A stretch of 64,000 nucleotides of DNA from Octopus sinensis. Lineage: Eukaryota. Location: the NCBI RefSeq assembly GCF_006345805.1, contig NC_043008.1, positions 12,214,001-12,278,000 on the forward strand, in the 5' to 3' direction. Position 1 is the first letter of the stretch, and each line of letters begins with the position of its first letter. This document shows positions 38,850 through 51,765 of this stretch, piece after piece. Under the pieces are notes generated by a model that made no database searches, was not told the DNA's origin, and was given only the letters and a program-made list of their open reading frames with translations. The translations under genes were made by a program, and so were the position numbers.

Positions 38850-39122
38850 AAGGGTGAAATTAATTAATTTGGAATAATTATCAATTACACCAAGTAGTCT
38901 TCGGCATGTAAAAGCCTCATTCGAGGAAAATTTAAGTAATACTAAGCAATAAAGGGTTTAGCAACGAATTGCCTTACCACATACCGAATTTAGAAATAGC
39001 AGTCAAAGAGTTATAGCTATTTCTTCTTTTAGTAGAAGAAATAGCTATAACTCTTTGACTGCTATTTCTAAATTCGGTATGTGGTAAGGCAATTCGTTGC
39101 TAAACCCTTTATTGCTTAGTAT
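38850..39122 (-). mobile_element. PLE-like remnant with perfect fold-back inverted repeat
   Basis: Arms 38939-39027 and 39034-39122 (89 bp, 6-nt loop), in a TA tract; shares TTACCACA.ACCGAA..GAAATAGCAG.CAAA..GCTATTTCTTC with the 30-kb element. Confidence 0.7.
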
Positions 39123-39638
39123 ATATATATACATATATATGCAAATTTCTGATATCCCCCCACCCATACACTAACAGAAAGCTCAATTCCTCTCCCTTCA
39201 ACAATTCCTTTCACATTTATAGTACACCAGCTGTTGTCAGTGCCTTTTTTGTTATTTTATTTTTACATTTTAATAAAAAAAAAAATAGACCTGGCATTAT
39301 GTGCCATTGTCAAGTTCAAACTCAAAAATATAGATTTTTACTAAAAAATTTTTGGTACTCTATTTACTAAAATATATTCTACTTTAATTTAGTATTTTTT
39401 TTTTTTTCATATATATAATTTTTTTTTATTTGTGAATATTCCTGTGTTTCTAATTTTCCTTTTATTCCAGATAAATGGTCTCTGTGTTCTTCATGAAAAT
39501 TTGAAGAATTTATAGAAATATATTTTTTGCGGTTGTGACTCTTATTTGAATTCACCTATAAACATAAGTGTTTATGCACATATACATATATATATATATG
39601 TATCTATATGTATATATATGTATATGCATATATATATG

Positions 39639-39682
<44 letters not shown>

Positions 39683-39964
39683 TATATATATGTATATATG
39701 TATGTATATATGTATATAAATATATATGTATATATATACATATATATATGTGTGTGTGCAGTTACCTTTGTAAAAGTGCATGTGTATGCGTGTTTTATAA
39801 GTATACACATAAACACACACACACACACATATTCCTTTATTCTTTTACTTATTTCAGTCATTTGACTGCAGCCATGCTGGAGCAACACCTTTAGTCGAAC
39901 AAATCGACCCCAGGACTTTGTATATAATTCCTCATCTCTTAAATACAGAACTGTATTATGTATA

Positions 39965-40012
<48 letters not shown>

Positions 40013-40138
40013 GTTAGGTACAAAAAATTCAGGGTGAATACTTGATAACTGTAAGCACCTGTATATGCCAGCTAGTGGTATAGGTGATAGGATATATGTA
40101 TCAAATGAAATAAATGAAAAACAGGACGCAAAGGATTT

Positions 40139-40227
40139 CGCGGTACATATGTTTCTGGCTTTATTGAACTATTTATATCAATGCATAATTGATATAACAT
40201 GTAGGTCAACAGCCTTCTTCAGCCGCG
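40139..40227 (-). ncRNA. Type I hammerhead ribozyme fold with long stem II, inside a PLE-like remnant (about 40010-40400)
   Basis: CGCGG-CTGAAGA-A-GGCT...AGCC-A-GAAA-CATATG-TA-CCGCG. Confidence 0.7.
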
Positions 40228-41190
40228 TACAATTACCACACCAAAGAAATGTATTACATTATGGCAGGTTTGAGAAAAAGTCTGGGGAAAAAACGAGTTT
40301 CATTGGGAAGGTAAATCCTCATAGGAGTATATGGCATTGCAAGACACCAAAACAAAACGTCTATACCGTTTTTTTCACTTGATAAGGAATGAAGAGGCTG
40401 GATGTTGAGAGAAAGAGGAAAGGAGTATGTATATATGTATGTATACAGGTGTATATAGAAGCACGCGTGTGTGTGTGTGTATGTGCATGTATATGTGTGT
40501 TTATGCTTACTAAATGTTAGCTTTATATTATTTTGCTTCAGTCATTTCCCAATTAACACAAATGCATAACGATTATTTAGAGGAGGTGGTGACCTCCTCT
40601 CCATATCAATTTCTATGTAAGCTTTTAATTAAATAAATGCAAAAACCGTAGAGTACAAGCATACTTCAATAGAACAAACACACACTGACACCTGTTCCAT
40701 CAGTCTCATATACACACACATAACACACACCTGCTTTTAATACAATCTGTGTGTTTACTATTTCCTCTATGTCCTAGTTTTGTGTGCTTGTTGATGTCAT
40801 TTCATTAATATGCAAAATAATTTATAATCAAACAAAGAACAAATGAGTCATTTTCAAATTAGAAACTGTTCGTTTAAGAAACATCTGTTTATCTCGTTAA
40901 TTTGTTTACCTTTTTTCTGTCTACTTGTTTTACTCGTTTGACTGTGACCAGACTGGGGCGTCACCTTGACGAATTTTTTTTTAGAATCAGCTGAATTGAC
41001 CCCTCTCCCCCACCGACCAGTACTTGTTTATTTTTAAGCCTGGTGCTTATTCTGTTGGTCTCTTTTGCCAGACCACTAAGTCACATGGATGTAAACACAC
41101 CGACACCAGTTGTCAAGTGGGTATGGGGGACAAGTGCAACCACAAACATACACACACACATATGCATATATACATACATGGATATATATT

Positions 41191-41235
<45 letters not shown>

Positions 41236-41254
41236 GTATATATATATGTGTGTG

Positions 41255-41550
41255 TGGAGGCGCAATGGTCCAGTGGTTAGATCAGCAGACTCGCAGTTAT
41301 AGGCTCACGGTTTCGATCCCCAGACTGGGCATCATGAGTATTTACTGAACGAAGACACCTATAGCTCCATGAGGCTCCGGCAGGGGGTGGCAGCGATCCT
41401 CTTTCACCACAACTTTCTCTCACTGTTTCTTCTGTTGGCCTACTCGCTTAGCCAGCAGAGTGGCATCATTTGAAGCCTAAGACAATACGAAGCGCATTGT
41501 GACCAGCGATGTGTAGCAACATCTGATAGCCTGGTCGGTCACGGTGATAT
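41255..41550 (+). mobile_element. tRNA-derived SINE family D (resembles octopus OR1)
   Basis: GGAGGCGCAATGGTCCAGTGGTTAG head with TCG anticodon-like loop; tail homologues at 20545-20660 and 33760-33830 (minus). Confidence 0.75.
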
Positions 41551-41600
41551 ATATATGCATATACATATATATATATATATATATACACATATATAAATAT

Positions 41601-41640
<40 letters not shown>

Positions 41641-42311
41641 GCACACACATATATGACAGGCTTCTTTGAGTTTCTGTCTAAAGCTTTGGTCAGCCCATAG
41701 CTCCATAGTAAAAGACACTTGTCCAAGACGCCACAGAATGGGATTGAGCCTGGAACCATTTGGTTGGGAAGCAAGCTTCCTACCACACAACCATGCCTGT
41801 GCCTATATCTAACAATATTTAATTCAATTTATTTGTTATCTCTTAAAGTCTGAATAAACTAACGAAGATTCTGAGCCAGTGTGAGCATCTTCTAGTTTGA
41901 ACAGCAGATAAAGATTAAAGAATAAATTAGTTTGGCATGAATATCTGCAAGTCATTAATCATAAATAACTCAAAACAAACATTTATAAGTCGTTCTACAA
42001 CAGACATGTGTGATGTGAGCCCACTTCAGTTGAAAAGCCGAGTCTGAGAGCTTCAAAAATGTAGGTAGCTGCTCGGGGGATCATCCATCTTCCGAGAAAT
42101 GACAGTTAAGTTTGTAGTTCATCCTGTTACCGATTTTATTCCATCCTTCCGTGGCTTGGTTTCCCCCACCCCGAAAGAGAAACGAGCAAGATGAGGTATG
42201 AGCTGAAGCTTGGCCTCTTTGAATAGACTGTTCCTTCTTTATAACATCATCCACTCCACCACTGCTATCACCATTTCTTCCCTGACAGTCATACTACTAC
42301 TAATAAATGAT

Positions 42312-42727
42312 ATTTCTTTACTACCCACAAGGGGCTTAACATACAGGGGACAAACAAGGACAGACAAAGGGATTAAGTCAATTACACCGACCCCAGTGTG
42401 TAACTGGTACTTTATCTATCAACCTCGAAAGGATGAAAGGCAAAGTCAACCTCGGCGGAATTTGAACTCAGAACGTAACTGCAGACGAAATACCTATTTT
42501 TTTACTACCTACAAGGGGCTAAACATAGAGGAGACAAACAAGGACAGACAAAGGGATTAAGTCGGTTACACCGACCCCAGTGCGTAACTGGTACTTTATT
42601 TATCGACCTCGAAAGGATGAAAGGTAAAGTCGACCTCAGCGGAATTTGAACTCAGAATATAACAGCAGATGTAATACGAAGGCACATTTCGCCCGGCGTG
42701 CTAACGTTTCTGCCAGCTCGCTGCCTT
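42312..42727 (-). mobile_element. Tandem pair of family A SINE units
   Basis: Second unit re-enters at GGTATTTC after the tail. Confidence 0.85.
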
Positions 42728-42904
42728 CACTACTAATAAATATTAATTGTCATAAATGTGCAGATGGTTTACTGATTGCAGGTTTTTTATCATGATAAAC
42801 CTGAAGATCATATGTTCTGGGATTTCTCTGGAGAATCTTGCTGAAATACATCTAGTTCTTGTTGTTGTTGTTGGTGGTGGCTGCTGTTGCTGTTGCTGCT
42901 GTTG

Positions 42905-43268
42905 AGCGAATGGTCTTCATCTCAGAGCTCGCAAGATGGGAGAAGTCCGAAACGTGGTCCTTTGCCATTCGTAAGACCAGCAGAAGAGAAACCAGGTCAA
43001 CGCCTGACACCGAGAGCATCAACGGATGGATGAATGCGCATCCAGGCTCAGCGGTTGCATAGGAAGTCGGGGACAAGAAACAGGAAGAAAGAGTGAGAGA
43101 AAGTTGTGGCGAAAGAATACAACAGGGGTTGCCACCACCCCCTGCCGGATCCTCATGGAGCTTAATTGTTTTCGTTCAACAAACACACACAACGCTTGGT
43201 CTGGGAATCGAAACCGTGATCCTCCGACCACGAATCCGCTGTCCTAAGCACTGGACCATTGTGCCTCC
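42905..43268 (-). mobile_element. SINE family D head with an alternative tail ending in (CAG/CAA)n
   Basis: Same head and body as 41255, different 3' third. Confidence 0.7.
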
Positions 43269-44242
43269 GTTGTTGGTGGTGGTAGTGGTGGTGGTGATGG
43301 TGTTGTTGCTGTGTAGGCGTAAAGTGAATAAGATGTAGTGAAAGTATTTTAGTCAATGAAACAATTTAAATTGTAGGGTAAATTTATTTAATTGAAACAC
43401 GAATGTGCAGCAATGGCTGTGTGGTAAGAAGCTTGCTTGTAGCCCCATGGTTTCGAGTTCAGTCCCACTGTATGGCATCTTGAGAGAGTGTCTTCTACTA
43501 TAGCTTTGAACCAAACAAGGCCTTGTGAGCGGATTTGGTGAGCGGAAACTGAAAGAAGTCCCTTGTGCGAGTGTGTTGTTTGTGTGTGTGTGTCTGTGTG
43601 TGTGTGTCTGTGTGGTCACACTCTGTGTCACACTGAATCTCCCTGAGAACTGTTAATTTCTCATCCACTTGCCCCATAATTTCACAAGCAGGCTCTACCG
43701 TTGATCAGATCAACTGAAACCCTTATTGTCATAACCCACAGAGTGCCACACATATTGGCAGAGCTCTACATTTTCCACAACTGTCCTTATATCCAAACAT
43801 ATTCAGATAATTGGCCCAGGTTCCTACTTGGCGGAAGCATGTTGAAGAAAGGCCTATATTTTTCTAATGTTGACAGCAAACCTTTGCTGTAATACACACC
43901 AACAAAATGTTAATAATTACATGGAATTCTTCTGCCATAGCTGCACTAACTTTGACATAATCTGTAAACATAAAATGTCTTATTTTCTTTCTCCCATGGT
44001 TATAGTATCAGATTCTGTTTCATTCAAGGTTAGCCAAATATATTTTATTGATAAATTTAGGAATGAATGTTAATGACTTTATTATTCCTTTAGGAGAATG
44101 TATTGATTAACGAAATAATTTTCAGAAGCACCAAGCGTTTATTTTATGCTGTTTTCTGTTGTGATAAGATTTCTACATTAATTGATTTAAAGACTTACTA
44201 ATAAAAATAAAGATGTTATAAGGTATATTCACACACATACAT

Positions 44243-44665
44243 AGGCGTAGGAGTGGCTGTGTGGTATGTAGCTTGCTTACACACCACATGGTTCTGGGTT
44301 CAGTCCCACCGCATGGCACCTTGGGTAAGTGTCTTCTACTATAGCCTCGGGCCAACCAAAGCCTTGTGAGCAGATTTGGTAGATTGAAACCAAAAGAAGC
44401 CCGTCGTATATATGTATATATGTGTGTGTGTGTGTGTGTGGTGTGTGTGTATATGTTTGTGTGTCTGTGTTTGTCCCACCAACATCGCTTGACAACCGAA
44501 GCTGGTGTGTTTACATCTCCGTAACTTAGCAGTTCGGCAAAAGAGACTGATAGAGCAAGTACTAGGCTTACAAAGAATAAGTCCTGGGGTCAATTTGCTC
44601 GACTAAAGGCAGTGCTCCAGCATGGCCACAGTCACATTACTAAAACAAGTAAAAGAGTAAAAGAG
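44243..44665 (+). mobile_element. Full-length SINE family B
   Basis: Homology to other B copies. Confidence 0.9.
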
Positions 44666-46599
44666 TATGTATATATATACATAGGAAAATATTGACATTT
44701 TTTTGAGCAATGGATAGCTCTATGGTTCACAGAAGTAGTCAGAATTAAGTGGTAATTTTGGTGTTGAAGTATATCCTTCCATCCATGCTTCCATCCATTT
44801 TCCCCATTCACTAAGAGTATAAAGCTAAATATTTCAAAAATCAGACAATAAAGATATCATTGAAAATCATCATCATCATCATCATCATCATTTAACACCC
44901 ACTTTCCGTGCTAGCATGGGTTGGACGGTTTGACCGGGGTCTGGGAAGCCAGGAGGCTGCACCAGGCCCCAATCTGATCTGGCAGTGTTTCTACAGCTGG
45001 ATGCCCTTCCTAACACCAACCACTCTGTGAGGGTAGTAGGTGCTTTTTTACGTGCCACCGGCACAGGGATCGCAACTGCAATTTCCATTGATTTTTGATC
45101 GATTTCGATTTCACTTGCCTCAACAGATCTTTGCAAGTAGAGTTTTGTGCCCCAAGACGGAGAGGTATGCATAAGTGGACTGGCTACATCCCAGGTAGAG
45201 GCCACGGGTTATGGTCTCACTTGTCCTGCCAGGTCTTCTCACGCACGAGAGGTGCCAAATATTTCTACTCTCTGATAGTAAACATTCATAGAGGAAACTC
45301 TGTCAAGGAAAACAGCTTCTAGAGTTCCTAATAAAACTGGTTTATTTACTCTTATGCGCGAGCCCCTGAATTTGAATCCAAACCTTACATAGATTGATAA
45401 ATAGTTTTACAGCTAACTTAATTGCCATTGATAATATTTAATGTATTGTCAAATTATTAAAACCACACACACAAACAAAACAAAAACAAACAAAAAAAGA
45501 TGGAAAAAAAAGAAAAAAAGAAGCCAATAATGTACTGAGTTCATTGGTCACACATCATTGTCCACTGTTTGGGGGTCACACTCTGCAACAGATCATACAA
45601 CTATTACTGTCTGTAACTACCAACAGTATCAATTTTGTCAGTCCGATAAACACTGTATATATACATCAGCAAGAAGAATTGCTTGCTTAACTAGTGAACC
45701 GTTTATACTTGATATCATTAGATTTATCTTGATATGATGGTTGCAAATTAATAATCTCATAGAAATAGAGTTGTATTGTATATTATCTCATTGCCAAAAT
45801 ATTGAGTGAATGGCTCTTGTAAGATGTAACCAGCTGTGAAAACCCCCTCTTCCCAATTATATATGCTTTGATGATGGGCCAAATGTTTCCATACCCATTA
45901 TCCAATGACTGACTAAGACTGTGTCAAAACCGCACAGAAAGGGACGGGTTGGCGGTGCCGAAATAATTTTCCACAGACTACTCACCAAAGAATATCTACC
46001 TGTCTGTCTATCTATCTTCTATATTTCTGGTGAAGAAGAAATGGAGGATGGTGATGATGATGTAGGTGGAGTGGATAAGGAAGAAGGTAAAGAAATGCCT
46101 ACTTAGATGTGAGTGTGTGTCAATGTTGGTGTTTAACGTCTTCTTTTCCATGCTGGCATGGGTTGGGAGATTCAACATGAACAGACAAGCTAGAAGGCTG
46201 TTCTGAGTTCCAATATCTACTCTGGCATGCTTTGTATAAAGCTTCATGCCCATCCTAACACCAACCATTTCACTTAGCGTACTGGGTGGCTGTTCAAGAA
46301 TTTGGACCTGGGGATCTCCATTTCCAGCAACTTCGAGGGCCACCTCCCAGTGGTGCCAGACGTCAACGAAGAGCTCTCAACTACAACAAGACGACCAAAC
46401 TTTTTTTTTCCAAGGTCTGGGGTCTCCTGCCCCTAAGCCCTAGACCATCACCTAATCACCCTTACCCGTCTTGTTGCTTAACGACAACAATAACAGCAAC
46501 AGCGTACTGGGTGCTTTTTCTATGGCACCAGCGCTGGTGATGTTACCAAGTACCTACAAGACGAGATTCTCTCAAGAAAGTAGGGTACAGAAAAGAAGG

Positions 46600-46712
46600 G
46601 TACATTATTTACATTATTTACATTTGATGGATATTTGTCCTCATCTTGTTTGTTGTTAACACAACGTTTTGGCCGATATACCCTTCAGCCTTCATCAGGT
46701 GTCTTGGGGAAA
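46600..46712 (-). mobile_element. Hammerhead-bearing tail of the 53.6-54.1 kb element, G12A copy
   Basis: GACAC-CTGATGA-A-GGCTG..CGGCC-AAAA-CGTT-GTGTT (46658-46703). Confidence 0.8.
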
Positions 46713-46999
46713 TGTGTGTGTGTGATGTTTGTCCTTCTCTTCCACCACACGAAACCCGGTGTTGGTATATTTACATTCCCATGCTTTAGCAGTTCAGCAA
46801 AAGGGTCTGATAGAATAAGTAACCAGCTAAAGGAAGAAAAAAACAAAACAAAGAAAACAGAATACATGTACTGGGGTCAATTCATTCGGCTCAAAAGTTC
46901 TCCTAGTCAGTGCCCCAGCATGGCCGCAGTCTAATGACTAAAATAACCAAAAGATACAAAAAAAAAGCTAACATTATCATAACGATGATACATAAGATA

Positions 47000-47030
47000 A
47001 TGCTGCTACTGGTGGTGATGATGATGATGT

Positions 47031-47077
<47 letters not shown>

Positions 47078-47155
47078 TAGATGATGATGATGATGTAGAT
47101 GATGATGTAGATGAAGATGATGATGATGATGATGATGATGAGGATGATGATGATG

Positions 47156-47188
<33 letters not shown>

Positions 47189-47269
47189 TTGATGATGTTG
47201 ATGATTATGATGATGTAGATGAAGATGATGATGATGATGATGATGTGGATGATGATGATGATGATGATG

Positions 47270-47308
<39 letters not shown>

Positions 47309-47406
47309 TTGATGATGTTGATGATTATGATGATGTAGATGAAGATGATGATGATGATGATGATGTGGATGATGATGATGATGATGATGTGGATAATGAT
47401 GACGAC

Positions 47407-47440
<34 letters not shown>

Positions 47441-47490
47441 GTAGTGGTGGTGGTGGTGGTGGTGGTGTGGTGGTGGTGGTGATGATGATG
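47000..47490. repeat. (GAT)n tract with internal 120-bp duplication
   Basis: 47161-47280 and 47281-47400 differ at one base. Confidence 0.95.
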
Positions 47491-47749
47491 ATGTCGAGGA
47501 GGATAATAGGGGAAATGGATCTTGACAAATGCGTGAAATAATTTCTTTTTTTCAATGGCTACAAAACAAAATTGTTTCAGCAGAGAAGAAATATTGATTG
47601 AGAGAGAAGCTGTATCAGTAGAATAGCATCACTTGTGCTGGCAGGAGAGTTAATTCAGCAAAGAATGGAAGAATAATAACCATAACGGCTGTGGGGGGAG
47701 GGGGAGGCTGTGTTTGGCTGGTTTGTGCTTTCGTCGTTGATGGCTGCAT

Positions 47750-47960
47750 TCGGTGATGATGATGGTAGTGGTTGTGGTGGAGGTGGTGGTGGTGGTGATG
47801 ATGATGGTGGTGCTGGTGGTGATGGTGATGGTGGTGGTGGTGGTGGTGGTGGTGATGATGATGAAGATGATGATGATGGTGGTGGTGGTGGTGGTGGTGG
47901 TGGTGTTGTTGCTGCTACTGATGATGATCGTTGTGGTGGTGGTGGTGGTGGTGATGATGT

Positions 47961-47992
<32 letters not shown>

Positions 47993-48110
47993 TTGTTGGT
48001 GGTGGTGGTGGTGATAGTGATGGTGCTGGTGGTGGTGATATTTGTGGTGATGATGATGATGATGGTTGTGGTGGTGGTGATTTTGATGGTGGTGATGATG
48101 ACAACAACGT
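47750..48110. repeat. (GGT)n/(GAT)n tract
   Basis: Directly visible; a similar tract lies at 55075-55370. Confidence 0.95.
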
Positions 48111-49084
48111 CGACAACGATTGTTATTGTTATTGTGGTGGCATTTGATTTATAATCACAGCAGTTGTTCTTACTGTACATGTCATGACAGAAAAAACCCC
48201 AAAACCACGGTTCGGTACGAGGTAGACTTATCCCTAAAATTCAGGATTTATCTGAGAAACACCCATCCTTTGCTTGCAGCCGGTTTTGAGAGACCCAAAG
48301 CCATGATAAGGCGAAAATCAATAATAATAATTCGATAGAGATGAAGAGTTATGGCCACACAGAGAACGTTCCGTGTTCATTTGATTTTTTAAGCTTGAAA
48401 TGACTGAAAACTTGGTGAACTACTAAATTATTTACATAAATTAGTTAAAGTGCATGGAGATCAGTACGATATATGGGTGATTTGCATATTGTATATGCAA
48501 ATATTTATAACATTTATATTTACTGAAATGTATTTATATACATATATGCATGCATTTATGGCTGGGAAACCTATTTCATATATCTCTTTAAACTCAATTT
48601 GTTCAATAGCTAGACAAATACGAAGTAAGCACAAAAAATATAAATGAATAATATATGTTAATGATATGCTAATCGTATGCTAATTATATGTTAATCATAT
48701 GTTAATAGATGTGTATTTCTAGTTTTGAAATGTTTCATTGTAACCACTTTTAAGTTTGAAGCAATGAAATATAAAACCATCACATTTATCAAACATCCGT
48801 TCAAGTGTAACTAAGCGTAACATTGGACGTTCTGAGTATGTCTTACGTGTGTTTTACGTGTGTTTTACGTGTGTTTTACTTCTTCTTTTGTCTTTTTTGT
48901 ATTTGTTTTGCAAGAATCTCAATTCCTTTGAAATCATAAGAAAAACCTAACCCTATACAACATAAATAGTTCTGGTTATCTTCTGGTGTTTGTTAACATA
49001 AATGGATGTTGGTCCCTTGATAAGCTATGTCTTATGGGTTTAACTAAAGGTTACTTGAGGCTTTAAGTTTACTTTTTGGGGTTT

Positions 49085-49635
49085 CATCATCATCATCATC
49101 ATCATCATTTGGAGTCCGCTTTCCATGCTAGCATGGGCTGGATGGTTCAACTGAGGTCTCGGAAGCCAGAAGGCTGCACCAGGCCCAGTCTGATCTGGTA
49201 ATGTTTCTATGGATGGATGCCCTTCCTAACGCCAACCACTCCATGAGTGTAGTGGGTGCTTTTTACGTGCCACCAGCACAGGTGCCAGACGAGGCTGGCA
49301 AATGGCCATGGTCGGATGGTGCTATTTACGTGCCACCAGCACGGGGGCCAGGCGAGGCTGGCAACGGCCACAATCGGATGGTGGTTTTTACATGCCACCG
49401 GCATGTGGACCAGGCGAGGCTGGCAATGGCCATGATTGGATGGTGCTTTTTACATGCCACCGGCACAGGGGCCAGGCGAGGCTGGCAACGGTCATGATTG
49501 GATGGTGCTTTTTACGTGCCACCGGCCCGTTGGGGGCGGCGCTGACAATGGCCACGTTTGGATGGTTTGCTTACGTGTCACCGGCACTGGTATCACAGCT
49601 ACAATTTCCATTGATGTCGAATTTCCATTGATTTT
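49085..49635 (-). mobile_element. Family C element with 5 full internal ~62-bp tandem units plus a partial unit
   Basis: Repeating TGGTGCTTTTTACGTGCCACCGGCAC..GGCTGGCAA.GGCCA..ATCGGA. Confidence 0.85.
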
Positions 49636-50798
49636 GTATTTTCTTTCTTCTATCTCTGCTGTAGATACCAGTTGTCTACCGAGAAATAATATATTCTTTG
49701 AGTTTCGACATTCAGCATTTTCTGTTTCCTTGAATGCATTTCATCCTTATCGCTTCCAATCATGCTGAATCTCCCTGAGAACTGACACTCCCCCGAACCC
49801 CCCAAAATTTTAAGCCTTGTGCCTAGAATAGAAAAGAATATATACATTCATCATTTTCTCCACTCTTTTGCTATCCTAAATTCTTCATTTTTGCACCTGA
49901 ATCACCCTCGTTTCTTTTTCATACACCTTAGTCTTTTATTTAACTCAGACATTTGCTAAATAAGACATTAATTGATCTGACACTGCACACCTTTCGCTCT
50001 TGTAGTCTTTATCTAGACAAGTTGTAAGTTTGCTATTCTCACCTGTCAATGATAGTATTTTCTTCTCTCTATTTTGGTAATTTGTTATTCTATAGTTACC
50101 ATCTCTAATAGACATACTCTCTCTCTTTTACTCTTTTACTAGTTTCAGTCATTTGACTGCAGCCATGCTGGAGCACCGCCTTTAGTCGAGCAATCGACCC
50201 CAGGACTTATTCTTTGTAAGCCCAGTACTTATTCTATCGGTCTCTTTTGCCGAACCGTTAAGTAACGGGGACATAAACACACCAGCATCGGTTGTCACGC
50301 AATGCTAGAGGGACAATCACAGACGCACAAACATATACACACACATATATATACATATATACGACGGGCTTCTTTCAGTTTCCGTCTACCAAATCCACTC
50401 ACAAGGCTTTGTTTGGCCTGAGGCTACAGTAGAAAACACATGCCCAAGGTGCTACACAGTGGAACTGAACCCGGAACCATGTGGTTGGTAAACAAGCTAC
50501 TTACCACACAGCCACTCCTGCACCTATGTTCACTTCTAAATGGAAATTACTGGAAATCTTCATGTGATTAAAATACAAGACCTTCAGAAAATGGCTAATA
50601 GTGACATTGAGTTGGATACTGTCCACATTGTCATTGTCATCATTGCCGTTCTTGTTGCTGTTGTCGTCCTTGTCAGCATAATCATTGCTGGAATCATCGT
50701 CGTCATCATCATCACTGCCTTTGCTATCATCTTTAATATCATTGTAATCATCGCCGTCACCATCGTTATTTTCATCATCATCATCATCGTCGTCGTCG

Positions 50799-50829
<31 letters not shown>

Positions 50830-50955
50830 CATCATCATTGTCATATATATATATATATATATATAGTTAATCCAAACAAGAAAGCACAAAAAAACACAAC
50901 AACGCGAGGATGTGGAACAAATATAGTATTATTGGATGCTCAGGAAAGAAGGAGG

Positions 50956-50990
50956 GTTTAACGTTTCGAGTGGAGCTCTTCGTCGGAAAC
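50956..50990 (-). ncRNA. Minimal type I hammerhead fold, U4C core variant, inside a PLE-like remnant (about 50866-51058)
   Basis: GTTT-CCGACGA-A-GAG-CTCCA-CTC-GAAA-CGTT-AAAC. Confidence 0.65.
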
Positions 50991-51056
50991 ATAGGAGAAG
51001 GAAAGATCCAGAGAAGGGAAGACAGAGGAAAAAAATCGCCAACGGTACACACGAGG

Positions 51057-51121
<65 letters not shown>

Positions 51122-51733
51122 GTATATATGACAGCCTTTTTGTAGTTTTCGTCTACCAAATCCACTCACAAGGCTTTGTTCGGCTTGAGGCTATAGCAGA
51201 AGACACTCGCCCAAGGTACCACGCAGTGGGATTGAACCCAGAACCTTGTGGTTGGTAAGCAAGCTTCTTACCACACAGCCACTCCTGCACATATATATAT
51301 ATATATATATTCACATTCATTTCTTGGGTTGATGGAGACATCACATAAGCAATGAAAGCTCAGTCTTTTTTTACTTTTACCCTGGGGCACTTTAATGAGA
51401 CAAACTGCAAGTTTTCTGCCATTTCGTATCCATTTATCAAACCTCATTGACATGTTTATCAACACATAAGTGCACATCGTTAATTATAGGCCATTTATTT
51501 TCTGCTCTTATCCATTCATTCACACGACGAACTCTGAAGTTTTTAGAAAATTTTTCTTTGCCAAATAAGCAGTATTGGAAAGTATTTGTGTACTAAATAC
51601 AAAGTAATATATTTATTTGCACCATTCAAAGACTTCAACTTAATTCCAGCCTGTCACAACTATAATGTTCCAAGCAATTTCAATGGCATTCTTTGCTTTA
51701 AGAAAATTCATTAAAATGTCAGTCCTGTTAGAA

Positions 51734-51765
<32 letters not shown>

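Noticed and set aside
38880-38945. Hammerhead-like topology in the 30-kb/39-kb family (GGC/GCC versus GGT/ACC stem, then GAA; also 30010-30060)
   Set aside because: No CUGANGA equivalent and no 15.1-16.1 pair.
41255-41330. tRNA-like sequences (also 53770-53900 and SINE B heads)
   Set aside because: No complete cloverleaf or acceptor stem; they are SINE heads.
42925-42965. CGCAAGA-TGGGAGAAGTCC-GAAA-CGTG hammerhead-like string
   Set aside because: Two core mismatches, G at the cleavage position and no stem I.
45986-46026. Minus-strand 41-nt segment with a strong acceptor and GTGAGT donor
   Set aside because: Stops in all three frames; could only be non-coding, with no supporting evidence.
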